Shown here: piece after piece, positions 51,901-64,000 of the stretch
Layout of the letters: every line of letters starts with the position of its first letter
Position numbering within the stretch: position 1 is the first letter of the stretch
Assembly (NCBI RefSeq): GCF_009914755.1
Contig: NC_060947.1
Reading direction: 5' to 3' (one strand)
DNA length: 64,000 nt
DNA from: the human T2T-CHM13v2.0 reference genome, Homo sapiens
Notes under the pieces: generated by a model
The model's input: only the letters and a program-made list of their open reading frames with translations
What the model was told of the DNA's origin: nothing
Databases searched by the model: none
Program-made: the position numbers and the translations under genes

Positions 51901-54900
51901 CAGATTCTACAAAAAGAGTGATTCCAATCTGCTCTATCAATAGGATTGTTCAACTCCATGAGTTGAATGCCATCCTCACAAAGTCGTTTCTGAGAATGCT
52001 TCTATCTAGTTTTTATGTGAAGATATTTCCTTTTCCACCACAGGCCTCAAAGCCCTCCAAACGTCCACTTGCAGATTCTCGAAAAAGAGTGTTTCATAGC
52101 TGCTCTTTCAAAAGGAAAGTTCAACTCTGGGAGTTGAATACAAACATCACAAAGTAGTTTCCGAGAATGCTTCTGTTTAGTTTTTATGTGAAGATGATCC
52201 CGTTTCCAGTGAAATCTTCAAAGAGGTCCACATATCCCCTTGCAGATTCCAAAGAAAGAGGGTTTCAAAACTGCTCCATCAGAAGGATTGTTCAACTCTG
52301 TGAGTTGAATGCAGTCATCGCAGAAAACTTTCTGAGAATGCTTCTGTCTAGGTTTGATGTGAAGATATAGACGTTTCAAACGAAGGCTACAAAGTGGTCA
52401 AAATATACACTTGCAGATTCTACTACAAGGGTGTTGCAAACCTGAACTATCAAAGGAAGGTTCAACTCTGTGAGTTGAATACAAACATCACAAAGAATGT
52501 TCTGAGTTTGCTTCCGTTCAGTTATGGGAAGTTGATCCCGTTTCCAACGAAATCCTCAGAGAGGTCCAAATATCCCCTCGCAGATTCTACAAAACGTGTG
52601 TTTGGAAACTGCTCCATCATAACGAATGTTCAGCTCCCTGAGTTAAACTCCATCGTCACAAAGAATTTTCTGAGAGTGCTACCGTCTGGTTTTTATATGA
52701 AGTTCTTTCCTTCACTACCACAGGCCTCAAAGCGGTCCAAATCTCCACTTGCAGATTCTACAAAAAGAGTGTTTGCAAACTGCTCTATCAAAAGGAATGT
52801 TCAACTCTGGGAGTTGAATGCAATCATCACAGAGCAGTTTCTGAGAATGCTTCTATGTCGTTTTTAGGAGAAGATATTTCCTTTTCCAACACAGTCCTCC
52901 AAGCCCGCTAAATAGCCACTTGCACATTGTAGAAAAAGTGTGTCAAAGCTGCGCTATCAAAGGGAAAGTTCAACTCTGTGAGGTGAATGCAAACATCCCA
53001 AAGAAGTTTCTGAGAATGCTTCCGTTTAGCTTTTAGGTGAAGATTATCCCGTTTCCAACGAAACCTTCAAAGAGGTCCAAATATCCCCTTGCGGATCCCA
53101 CAGAAAGAGTGTTTCGAAACTGCTGTTTCAAAAGGAATCTTCAACTCTGTGAGTTGAATGCAATCATCACAAAGAAGTTTCTGACAATGCTTCTCTCTCG
53201 TCTTTCTGTGAAGATAAAGGAAAAGGCTTTCAGGCCTTTTCCACCACAGGCCTGAAAGCGCTCCAAATGTCCACTTGCAGATTCTGCGAAAAGAATATTT
53301 CAAAACTGCTCTATGAAAAGCAATGTTAAACTCTGTGGCTGGAACACAAACATCACAAAGCGGTTTCTGAGAATGTTTCAGTTTAGATTTCTGTGGAAAT
53401 ATTCCCGTTTCCAAAGAAATCTTCAAAGAGGTCCACGTATCCACTTACAGATTCTACAAAAAGACAGTTTCAAAACTGCTCCATCAAAAGGAGGGTTCAA
53501 CTGTGTGACTTGAATGCAATCATCACTCAGAAGTTTCTGAGAATGCTTCTCTTTAGTTTTTACGTGAACATATACCCGTTTCGAACGAAGGCCACCCAGT
53601 GGTCCAAATATCCACTTGCAGATTATACAGAAAGAGTGTTTCGAACCTGAACTCTCAAAGGCAGGTTCATCTCTGCAAGTTAAATGCATTCATCATGAAG
53701 AACTTTCTCAGAGTGTTTGTGTTTAGTTATGGGAAATTATTCCCGTTTCCAACGAAATCCTCAGAGAGCTCCAAATATCCACCTGCTGATTCTACCAAAA
53801 GTGTATTTGGAAACTGCTCCATCAAAAGGCATGTTCAGGTCTGTGAGTGAAACTCCATCATCACAAAGAATATTCTGAGAATGCTTCCGTTTGCCTTTTA
53901 TATGAAGTTCCTTCCTATACGACCGTAGGCCTCAAAGCAGTCCAAATCTCCATTTGCAGATTCTACAAAAAGAGTGATTCCAATCTGCTCTATCAATAGG
54001 ATTGTTCAACTCCATGAGTTGAATGCCATCCTCACAAAGTAGTTTCTGAGAATGCTTCTATCTAGTTTTATGTGAAGATATTTCCTTTTCCACCACAGGC
54101 CTCAAAGCCCTCCAAACGTCCACTTGCAGATTCTCGAAAAAGAGTGTTTCATAGCTGCTCTTTCAAAAGGAAAGTTCAACTCTGGGAGTTGAATACAAAC
54201 ATCACAAAGTAGTTTCCGAGAATGCTTCTGTTTAGTTTTTATGTGAAGATGATCCCGTTTCCAGTGAAATCTTCAAAGAGGTCCACATATCCCCTTGCAG
54301 ATTCCAAAGAAAGAGGGTTTCAAAACTGCTCCATCAGAAGGATTGTTCAACTCTGTGAGTTGAATGCAGTCATCGCAGAAAACTTTCTGAGAATGCTTCT
54401 GTCTAGGTTTGATGTGAAGATATAGACGTTTCAAACGAAGGCTACAAAGTGGTCAAAATATACACTTGCAGATTCTACTACAAGGGTGTTGCAAACCTGA
54501 ACTATCAAAGGAAGGTTCAACTCTGTGAGTTGAATACAAACATCACAAAGAATGTTCTGAGTTTGCTTCCGTTCAGTTATGGGAAGTTGATCCCGTTTCC
54601 AACGAAATCCTCAGAGAGGTCCAAATATCCCCTTGCAGATTCTACAAAACGTGTGTTTGGAAACTGCTCCATCATAACGAATGTTCAGCTCCCTGAGTTA
54701 AACTCCATCGTCACAAAGAATTTTCTGAGAGTGCTACCGTCTGGTTTTTATATGAAGTTCTTTCCTTCACTACCACTGGCCTCAAAGCGGTCCAAATCTC
54801 CACTTGCAGATTCTACAAAAAGAGTGTTTGCAAACTGCTCTATCAAAAGGAATGTTCAACTCTGGGAGTTGAATGCAATCATCACAGAGCAGTTTCTGAG

Positions 54901-57900
54901 AATGCTTCTATGTCGTTTTTAGGAGAAGATATTTCCTTTTCCAACACAGTCCTCCAAGCCCGCTAAATAGCCACTTGCACATTGTAGAAAAAGTGTGTCA
55001 AAGCTGCGCTATCAAAGGGAAAGTTCAACTCTGAGAGGTGAATGCAAACATCCCAAAGAAGTTTCTGAGAGTGCTTCCGTTTAGCTTTTAGGTGAAGATT
55101 ATCCCGTTTCCAACGAAACCTTCAAAGAAGTCCAAATATCCCCTTGCGGATCCCACAGAAAGAGTGTTTCGAAACTGCTGTTTCAAAAGGAATCTTCAAC
55201 TCTGTGAGTTGAATGCAATCATCACAAAGAAGTTTCTGACAATGCTTCTCTCTCGTCTTTCTGTGAAGATAAATAAATGCTGTCAGGCCTTTGCCACCAC
55301 AGGCCTGAAAGCGCTCCAAATGTCCACTTGCAGATTCTGCGAAAAGAATATTTCAAAACTGCTTTGTGAAAAGCAATGTTAAACTCTGTGGCTCGAACAA
55401 ACACATCACAAAGCGGTTTCTGAGAATGCTTCAGTTTAGTTTTTCTGTGGAAATATTCCCGTTTCCAAAGAAATCTTCAAAGAGGTCCACGTATCCACTT
55501 ACAGATTCTACAAAAAGACAGTTTCAAAACTGCTCCATCAAAAGGAGGGTTCAACTGTGTGACTTGAATGCAATCATCACTCAGAAGTTTCTGAGAATGC
55601 TTCTCTTTAGTTTTTACGTGAACATATACCCGTTTCGAACGAAGGCCACCCAGTGGTCCAAATATCCACTTGCAGATTCTACAGAAAGAGTGTTTCGAAC
55701 CTGAACTCTCAAAGGCAGGTTCATCTCTGCGAGTTAAATGCATTCATCATGAAGAACTTTCTCAGAGTGTTTGTGTTTAGTTATGGGAAATTATTCCCGT
55801 TTCCAACGAAATCCTCAGAGAGCTCCAAATATCCACCTGCAGATTCTACCAAAAGTGTATTTGGAAACTGCTCCATCAAAAGGCATGTTCAGCTCTGTGA
55901 GTGAAACTCCATCATCACAAAGAATATTCTGAGAATGCTTCCGTTTGCCTTTTATCTGAAGTTCCTTCCTATACGACCGTAGGCCTCAAAGCAGTCCAAA
56001 TCTCCATTTCCAGATTCTACAAAAAGAGTGATTCCAATCTGCTCTATCAATAGGATTGTTCAACTCCATGAGTTGAATGCCATCCTCACAAAGTCGTTTC
56101 TGAGAATGCTTCTATCTAGTTTTTATGTGAAGATATTTCCTTTTCCACCACAGGCCTCAAAGCCCTCCAAACGTCCACTTGCAGATTCTCGAAAAGGAGT
56201 GTTTCATAGCTGCTCTTTCAAAAGGAAAGTTCAACTCTGGGAGTTGAATACAAACATCACAAAGTAGTTTCCGAGAATGCTTCTGTTTAGTTTTTATGTG
56301 AAGATGATCCCGTTTCCAGTGAAATCTTCAAAGAGGTCCACATATCCCCTTGCAGATTCCAAAGAAAGAGGGTTTCAAAACTGCTCCATCAGAAGGATTG
56401 TTCAACTCTGTGAGTTGAATGCAGTCATCGCAGAAAACTTTCTGAGAATGCTTCTGTCTAGGTTTGATGTGAAGATATAGACGTTTCAAACGAAGGCTAC
56501 AAAGTGGTCAAAATATACACTTGCAGATTCTACTACAAGGGTGTTGCAAACCTGAACTATCAAAGGAAGGTTCAACTCTGTGAGTTGAATACAAACATCA
56601 CAAAGAATGTTCTGAGTTTGCTTCCGTTCAGTTATGGGAAGTTGATCCCGTTTCCAACGAAATCCTCAGAGAGGTCCAAATATCCCCTTGCAGATTCTAC
56701 AAAACGTGTGTTTGGAAACTGCTCCATCATAACGAATGTTCAGCTCCCTGAGTTAAACTCCATCGTCACAAAGAATTTTCTGAGAGTGCTACCGTCTGGT
56801 TTTTATATGAAGTTCTTTCCTTCACTACCACTGGCCTCAAAGCGGTCCAAATCTCCACTTGCAGATTCTACAAAAAGAGTGTTTGCAAACTGCTCTATCA
56901 AAAGGAATGTTCAACTCTGGGAGTTGAATGCAATCATCACAGAGCAGTTTCTGAGAATGCTTCTATGTCGTTTTTAGGAGAAGATATTTCCTTTTCCAAC
57001 ACAGTCCTCCAAGTCCGCTAAATAGCCACTTGCACATTGTAGAAAAAGTGTGTCAAAGCTGCGCTATCAAAGGGAAAGTTCAACTCTGAGAGGTGAATGC
57101 AAACATCCCAAAGAAGTTTCTGAGAGTGCTTCCGTTTAGCTTTTAGGTGAAGATTATCCCGTTTCCAACGAAACCTTCAAAGAAGTCCAAATATCCCCTT
57201 GCGGATCCCACAGAAAGAGTGTTTCGAAACTGCTGTTTCAAAAGGAATCTTCAACTCTGTGAGTTGAATGCAATCATCACAAAGAAGTTTCTGACAATGC
57301 TTCTCTCTCGTCTTTCTGTGAAGATAAATAAATGCTTTCAGGCCTTTGCCACCACAGGCCTGAAAGCGCTCCAAATGTCCACTTGCAGATTCTGCGAAAA
57401 GAATATTTCAAAACTGCTTTGTGAAAAGCAATGTTAAACTCTGTGGCTCGAACAAACACATCACAAAGCGGTTTCTGAGAATGCTTCAGTTTAGTTTTTC
57501 TGTGGAAATATTCCCGTTTCCAAAGAAATCTTCAAAGAGGTCCACGTATCCACTTACAGATTCTACAAAAAGACAGTTTCAAAACTGCTCCATCAAAAGG
57601 AGGGTTCAACTGTGTGACTTGAATGCAATCATCACTCAGAAGTTTCTGAGAATGCTTCTCTTTAGTTTTTACGTGAACATATACCCGTTTCGAACGAAGG
57701 CCACCCAGTGGTCCAAATATCCACTTGCAGATTCTACAGAAAGAGTGTTTCGAACCTGAACTCTCAAAGGCAGGTTCATCTCTGCGAGTTAAATGCATTC
57801 ATCATGAAGAACTTTCTCAGAGTGTTTGTGTTTAGTTATGGGAAATTATTCCCGTTTCCAACGAAATCCTCAGAGAGCTCCAAATATCCACCTGCAGATT

Positions 57901-60900
57901 CTACCAAAAGTGTATTTGGAAACTGCTCCATCAAAAGGCATGTTCAGCTCTGTGAGTGAAACTCCATCATCACAAAGAATATTCTGAGAATGCTTCCGTT
58001 TGCCTTTTATCTGAAGTTCCTTCCTATACGACCGTAGGCCTCAAAGCAGTCCAAATCTCCATTTGCAGATTCTACAAAAAGAGTGATTCCAATCTGCTCT
58101 ATCAATAGGATTGTTCAACTCCATGAGTTGAATGCCATCCTCACAAAGTCGTTTCTGAGAATGCTTCTATCTAGTTTTTATGTGAAGATATTTCCTTTTC
58201 CACCACAGGCCTCAAAGCCCTCCAAACGTCCACTTGCAGATTCTCGAAAAGGAGTGTTTCATAGCTGCTCTTTCAAAAGGAAAGTTCAACTCTGGGAGTT
58301 GAATACAAACATCACAAAGTAGTTTCCGAGAATGCTTCTGTTTAGTTTTTATGTGAAGATGATCCCGTTTCCAGTGAAATCTTCAAAGAGGTCCACATAT
58401 CCCCTTGCAGATTCCAAAGAAAGAGGGTTTCAAAACTGCTCCATCAGAAGGATTGTTCAACTCTGTGAGTTGAATGCAGTCATCGCAGAAAACTTTCTGA
58501 GAATGCTTCTGTCTAGGTTTGATGTGAAGATATAGACGTTTCAAACGAAGGCTACAAAGTGGTCAAAATATACACTTGCAGATTCTACTACAAGGGTGTT
58601 GCAAACCTGAACTATCAAAGGAAGGTTCAACTCTGTGAGTTGAATACAAACATCACAAAGAATGTTCTGAGTTTGCTTCCGTTCAGTTATGGGAAGTTGA
58701 TCCCGTTTCCAACGAAATCCTCAGAGAGGTCCAAATATCCCCTTGCAGATTCTACAAAACGTGTGTTTGGAAACTGCTCCATCATAACGAATGTTCAGCT
58801 CCCTGAGTTAAACTCCATCGTCACAAAGAATTTTCTGAGAGTGCTACCGTCTGGTTTTTATATGAAGTTCTTTCCTTCACTACCACTGGCCTCAAAGCGG
58901 TCCAAATCTCCACTTGCAGATTCTACAAAAAGAGTGTTTGCAAACTGCTCTATCAAAAGGAATGTTCAACTCTGGGAGTTGAATGCAATCATCACAGAGC
59001 AGTTTCTGAGAATGCTTCTATGTCGTTTTTAGGAGAAGATATTTCCTTTTCCAACACAGTCCTCCAAGCCCGCTAAATAGCCACTTGCACATTGTAGAAA
59101 AAGTGTGTCAAAGCTGCGCTATCAAAGGGAAAGTTCAACTCTGTGAGGTGAATGCAAACATCCCAAAGAAGTTTCTGAGAATGCTTCCGTTTAGCTTTTA
59201 GGTGAAGATTATCCCGTTTCCAACGAAACCTTCAAAGAGGTCCAAATATCCCCTTGCGGATCCCACAGAAAGAGTGTTTCGAAACTGCTGTTTCAAAAGG
59301 AATCTTCAACTCTGTGAGTTGAATGCAATCATCACAAAGAAGTTTCTGACAATGCTTCTCTCTCGTCTTTCTGTGAAGATAAAGGAAAAGGCTTTCAGGC
59401 CTTTTCCACCACAGGCCTGAAAGCGCTCCAAATGTCCACTTGCAGATTCTGCGAAAAGAATATTTCAAAACTGCTCTATGAAAAGCAATGGTAAACTCTG
59501 TGGCTCGAACACAAACATCACAAAGCGGTTTCTGAGAATGCTTCAGTTTAGTTTTTCTGTGGAAATATTCCCGTTTCCAAAGAAATCTTCAAAGAGGTCC
59601 ACGTATCCACTTACAGATTCTACAAAAAGACAGTTTCAAAACTGCTCCATCAAAAGGAGGGTTCAACTGTGTGACTTGAATGCAATCATCACTCAGAAGT
59701 TTCTGAGAATGCTTCTCTTTAGTTTTTACGTGAACATATACCCGTTTCGAACGAAGGCCACCCAGTGGTCCAAATATCCACTTGCAGATTATACAGAAAG
59801 AGTGTTTCGAACCTGAACTCTCAAAGGCAGGTTCATCTCTGCGAGTTAAATGCATTCATCATGAAGAACTTTCTCAGAGTGTTTGTGTTTAGTTATGGGA
59901 AATTATTCCCTTTTCCAACGAAATCCTCAGAGAGCTCCAAATATCCACCTGCAGATTCTACCAAAAGTGTATTTGGAAACTGCTCCATCAAAAGGCATGT
60001 TCAGCTCTGTGAGTGAAACTCCATCATCACAAAGAATATTCTGAGAATGCTTCCGTTTGCCTTTTATATGAAGTTCCTTCCTGTACTACCGTAGGCCTCA
60101 AAGCAGTCCAAATCTCCATTTGCAGATTCTACAAAAAGAGTGATTCCAATCTGCTCTATCAATAGGATTGTTCAACTCCATGAGTTGAATGCCATCCTCA
60201 CAAAGTCGTTTCTGAGAATGCTTCTATCTAGTTTTTATGTGAAGATATTTCCTTTTCCACCACAGGCCTCAAAGCCCTCCAAACGTCCACTTGCAGATTC
60301 TCGAAAAGGAGTGTTTCATAGCTGCTCTTTCAAAAGGAAAGTTCAACTCTGGGAGTTGAATACAAACATCACAAAGTAGTTTCCGAGAATGCTTCTGTTT
60401 AGTTTTTATGTGAAGATGATCCCGTTTCCAGTGAAATCTTCAAAGAGGTCCACATATCCCCTTGCAGATTCCAAAGAAAGAGGGTTTCAAAACTGCTCCA
60501 TCAGAAGGATTGTTCAACTCTGTGAGTTGAATGCAGTCATCGCAGAAAACTTTCTGAGAATGCTTCTGTCTAGGTTTGATGTGAAGATATAGACGTTTCA
60601 AACGAAGGCTACAAAGTGGTCAAAATATACACTTGCAGATTCTACTACAAGGGTGTTGCAAACCTGAACTATCAAAGGAAGGTTCAACTCTGTGAGTTGA
60701 ATACAAACATCACAAAGAATGTTCTGAGTTTGCTTCCGTTCAGTTATGGGAAGTTGATCCCGTTTCCAACGAAATCCTCAGAGAGGTCCAAATATCCCCT
60801 TGCAGATTCTACAAAACGTGTGTTTGGAAACTGCTCCATCATAACGAATGTTCAGCTCCCTGAGTTAAACTCCATCGTCACAAAGAATTTTCTGAGAGTG

Positions 60901-63900
60901 CTACCGTCTGGTTTTTATATGAAGTTCTTTCCTTCACTACCACTGGCCTCAAAGCGGTCCAAATCTCCACTTGCAGATTCTACAAAAAGAGTGTTTGCAA
61001 ACTGCTCTATCAAAAGGAATGTTCAACTCTGGGAGTTGAATGCAATCATCACAGAGCAGTTTCTGAGAATGCTTCTATGTCGTTTTTAGGAGAAGATATT
61101 TCCTTTTCCAACACAGTCCTCCAAGCCCGCTAAATAGCCACTTGCACATTGTAGAAAAAGTGTGTCAAAGCTGCGCTATCAAAGGGAAAGTTCAACTCTG
61201 TGAGGTGAATGCAAACATCCCAAAGAAGTTTCTGAGAATGCTTCCGTTTAGCTTTTAGGTGAAGATTATCCCGTTTCCAACGAAACCTTCAAAGAGGTCC
61301 AAATATCCCCTTGCGGATCCCACAGAAAGAGTGTTTCGAAACTGCTGTTTCAAAAGGAATCTTCAACTCTGTGAGTTGAATGCAATCATCACAAAGAAGT
61401 TTCTGACAATGCTTCTCTCTCGTCTTTCTGTGAAGATAAAGGAAAAGGCTTTCAGGCCTTTTCCACCACAGGCCTGAAAGCGCTCCAAATGTCCACTTGC
61501 AGATTCTGCGAAAAGAATATTTCAAAACTGCTCTATGAAAAGCAATGGTAAACTCTGTGGCTCGAACACAAACATCACAAAGCGGTTTCTGAGAATGCTT
61601 CAGTTTAGTTTTTCTGTGGAAATATTCCCGTTTACAAAGAAATCTTCAAAGAGGTCCACGTATCCACTTACAGATTCTACAAAAAGACAGTTTCAAAACT
61701 GCTCCATCAAAAGGAGGGTTCAACTGTGTGACTTGAATGCAATCATCACTCAGAAGTTTCTGAGAATGCTTCTCTTTAGTTTTTACGTGAACATATACCC
61801 GTTTCGAACGAAGGCCACCCAGTGGTCCAAATATCCACTTGCAGATTATACAGAAAGAGTGTTTCGAACCTGAACTCTCAAAGGCAGGTTCATCTCTGCG
61901 AGTTAAATGCATTCATCATGAAGAACTTTCTCAGAGTGTTTGTGTTTAGTTATGGGAAATTATTCCCTTTTCCAACGAAATCCTCAGAGAGCTCCAAATA
62001 TCCACCTGCAGATTCTACCAAAAGTGTATTTGGAAACTGCTCCATCAAAAGGCATGTTCAGCTCTGTGAGTGAAACTCCATCATCACAAAGAATATTCTG
62101 AGAATGCTTCCGTTTGCCTTTTATATGAAGTTCCTTCCTGTACTACCGTAGGCCTCAAAGCAGTCCAAATCTCCATTTGCAGATTCTATAAAAAGAGTGA
62201 TTCCAATCTGCTCTATCAATAGGATTGTTCAACTCCATGAGTTGAATGCCATCCTCACAAAGTAGTTTCTGAGAATGCTTCTATCTGGTTTTTGTGTGAA
62301 GATATTTCCTTTTCCACCACAGGCCTCAAAGCCCTCCAAACGTCCACTTGCAGATTCTCGAAAAAGAGTGTTTCATAGCTGCTCTTTCAAAAGGAAAGTT
62401 CAACTCTGGGAGTTGAATACAAACATCACAAAGTAGTTTCCGAGAATGCTTCTGTTTAGTTTTTATGTGAAGATGATCCCGTTTCCAGTGAAATCTTCAA
62501 AGAGGTCCACATATCCCCTTGCAGATTCCAAAGAAAGAGGGTTTCAAAACTGCTCCATCAATAGGATTGTTCAACTCTGTGAGTTGAATGCAGTCATCGC
62601 AGAAAACTTTCTGAGAATGCTTCTGTCTAGGTTTGATGTGAAGATATAGACGTTTCAAATGAAGGCTACAAAGTGGTCAAAATATACACTTGCAGATTCT
62701 ACTACAAGGGTGTTGCAAACCTGAACTATCAAAGGAAGGTTCAACTCTGTGAGTTGAATACAAACATCACAAAGAATGTTCTGAGTTTGCTTCCGTTCAG
62801 TTATGGGAAGCTGATCCCGTTTCCAACGAAATCCTCAGAGAGGTCCAAATATCCCCTTGCAGATTCTACAAAACGTGTGTTTGGAAACTGCTCCATCATA
62901 ACGAATGTTCAGCTCCCTGAGTTAAACTCCATCGTCACAAAGAATTTTCTGAGAGTGCTACCGTCTGGTTTTTATATGAAGTTCTTTCCTTCACTACCAC
63001 TGGCCTCAAAGCGGTCCAAATCTCCACTTGCAGATTCTACAAAAAGAGTGTTTGCAAACTGCTCTATCAAAAGGAATGTTCAACTCTGGGAGTTGAATGC
63101 AATCATCACAGAGCAGTTTCTGAGAATGCTTCTATGTCGTTTTTAGGAGAAGATATTTCCTTTTCCAACACAGTCCTCCAAGTCCGCTAAATAGCCACTT
63201 GCACATTGTAGAAAAAGTGTGTCAAAGCTGCGCTATCAAAGGGAAAGTTCAACTCTGAGAGGTGAATGCAAACATCCCAAAGAAGTTTCTGAGAGTGCTT
63301 CCGTTTAGCTTTTAGGTGAAGATTATCCCGTTTCCAACGAAACCTTCAAAGAAGTCCAAATATCCCCTTGCGGATCCCACAGAAAGAGTGTTTCGAAACT
63401 GCTGTTTCAAAAGGAATCTTCAACTCTGTGAGTTGAATGCAATCATCACAAAGAAGTTTCTGACAATGCTTCTCTCTCGTCTTTCTGTGAAGATAAATAA
63501 ATGCTTTCAGGCCTTTGCCACCACAGGCCTGAAAGCGCTCCAAATGTCCACTTGCAGATTCTGCGAAAAGAATATTTCAAAACTGCTTTGTGAAAAGCAA
63601 TGTTAAACTCTGTGGCTCGAACACAAACATCACAAAGCGGTTTCTGAGAATGCTTCAGTTTAGTTTTTCTGTGGAAATATTCCCGTTTCCAAAGAAATCT
63701 TAAAGAGGTCCACGTATCCACTTACAGATTCTACAAAAAGACAGTTTCAAAACTGCTCCATCAAAAGGAGGGTTCAACTGTGTGACTTGAATGCAATCAT
63801 CACTCAGAAGTTTCTGAGAATGCTTCTCTTTAGTTTTTACGTGAACATATACCCGTTTCGAACGAAGGCCACCCAGTGGTCCAAATATCCACTTGCAGAT

Positions 63901-64000
63901 TCTACAGAAAGAGTGTTTCGAACCTGAACTCTCAAAGGCAGGTTCATCTCTGCGAGTTAAATGCATTCATCATGAAGAACTTTCTCAGAGTGTTTGTGTT

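Larger units (their letters stand above)
1..64000. repeat. DXZ1: Alpha-satellite higher-order repeat array (12-mer, ~2057 bp, ~31 copies), DXZ1-type human chrX centromeric array
   Basis: ~171-bp alphoid monomers (CTGAGAATGCTT, CCACTTGCAGATTCTAC, GTTCAACTCTGTGAGTTGAATGCA motifs) occur throughout. The same repeat-derived ORF recurs at 985, 3039, 5094, 7151 ... 62673 with spacings of 2054-2057 bp. There is one GGATCC per unit. Assignment to DXZ1 rests on established knowledge of the 2.0-kb BamHI 12-mer. Confidence 0.96.

Noticed and set aside
53067-53444. Longer minus-strand ORF (125 aa) unique to this copy, and a similar 91-aa ORF at 63446-63721
   Set aside because: Both arise from single-base deletions (~53387, ~63701) that fuse repeat reading frames. 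There is no coding evidence.
1-64000. CRISPR-like or other prokaryotic repeat-spacer system
   Set aside because: There are no unique spacers and no cas or other genes. The sequence between conserved motifs is itself homologous monomer sequence.
1-64000. Transposon insertion, inversion or structurally variant (non-12-mer) HOR
   Set aside because: Anchor spacings stay within 2054-2057 bp for every copy and orientation never changes, which leaves no room for an L1/Alu insertion or monomer deletion.
1-64000. Calling this window the kinetochore site (CENP-A domain or hypomethylated dip region)
   Set aside because: That is an epigenetic property and cannot be read from sequence. It needs methylation or CENP-A data.

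Overview
The whole 64 kb window is primate alpha-satellite DNA. It is an uninterrupted head-to-tail array of a 12-monomer higher-order repeat (HOR) of 2057 bp, with about 31 copies and variant copies of 2054-2056 bp. The unit length, single BamHI site per unit, pentamer-pentamer-dimer A/B monomer pattern and one 186-bp monomer match DXZ1, the human X-chromosome centromeric array (suprachromosomal family 3). I see no genes, transposon insertions, inversions or truncated HORs, and every ORF in the track is an artefact of the repeat. I found no new protein-coding system. The points of interest are in the fine structure. First, the long monomer carries a locally templated insertion that forms two competing hairpins and collects variants. 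Second, one of the four intact CENP-B boxes is repeatedly knocked out while the others are nearly invariant. Third, SNP haplotypes reveal multi-HOR duplications at offsets of 1, 2, 3, 5, 6 and 26 HORs. Fourth, there is a divergent two-HOR island and several apparent conversion tracts. All variant calls were made by eye and block boundaries are approximate.
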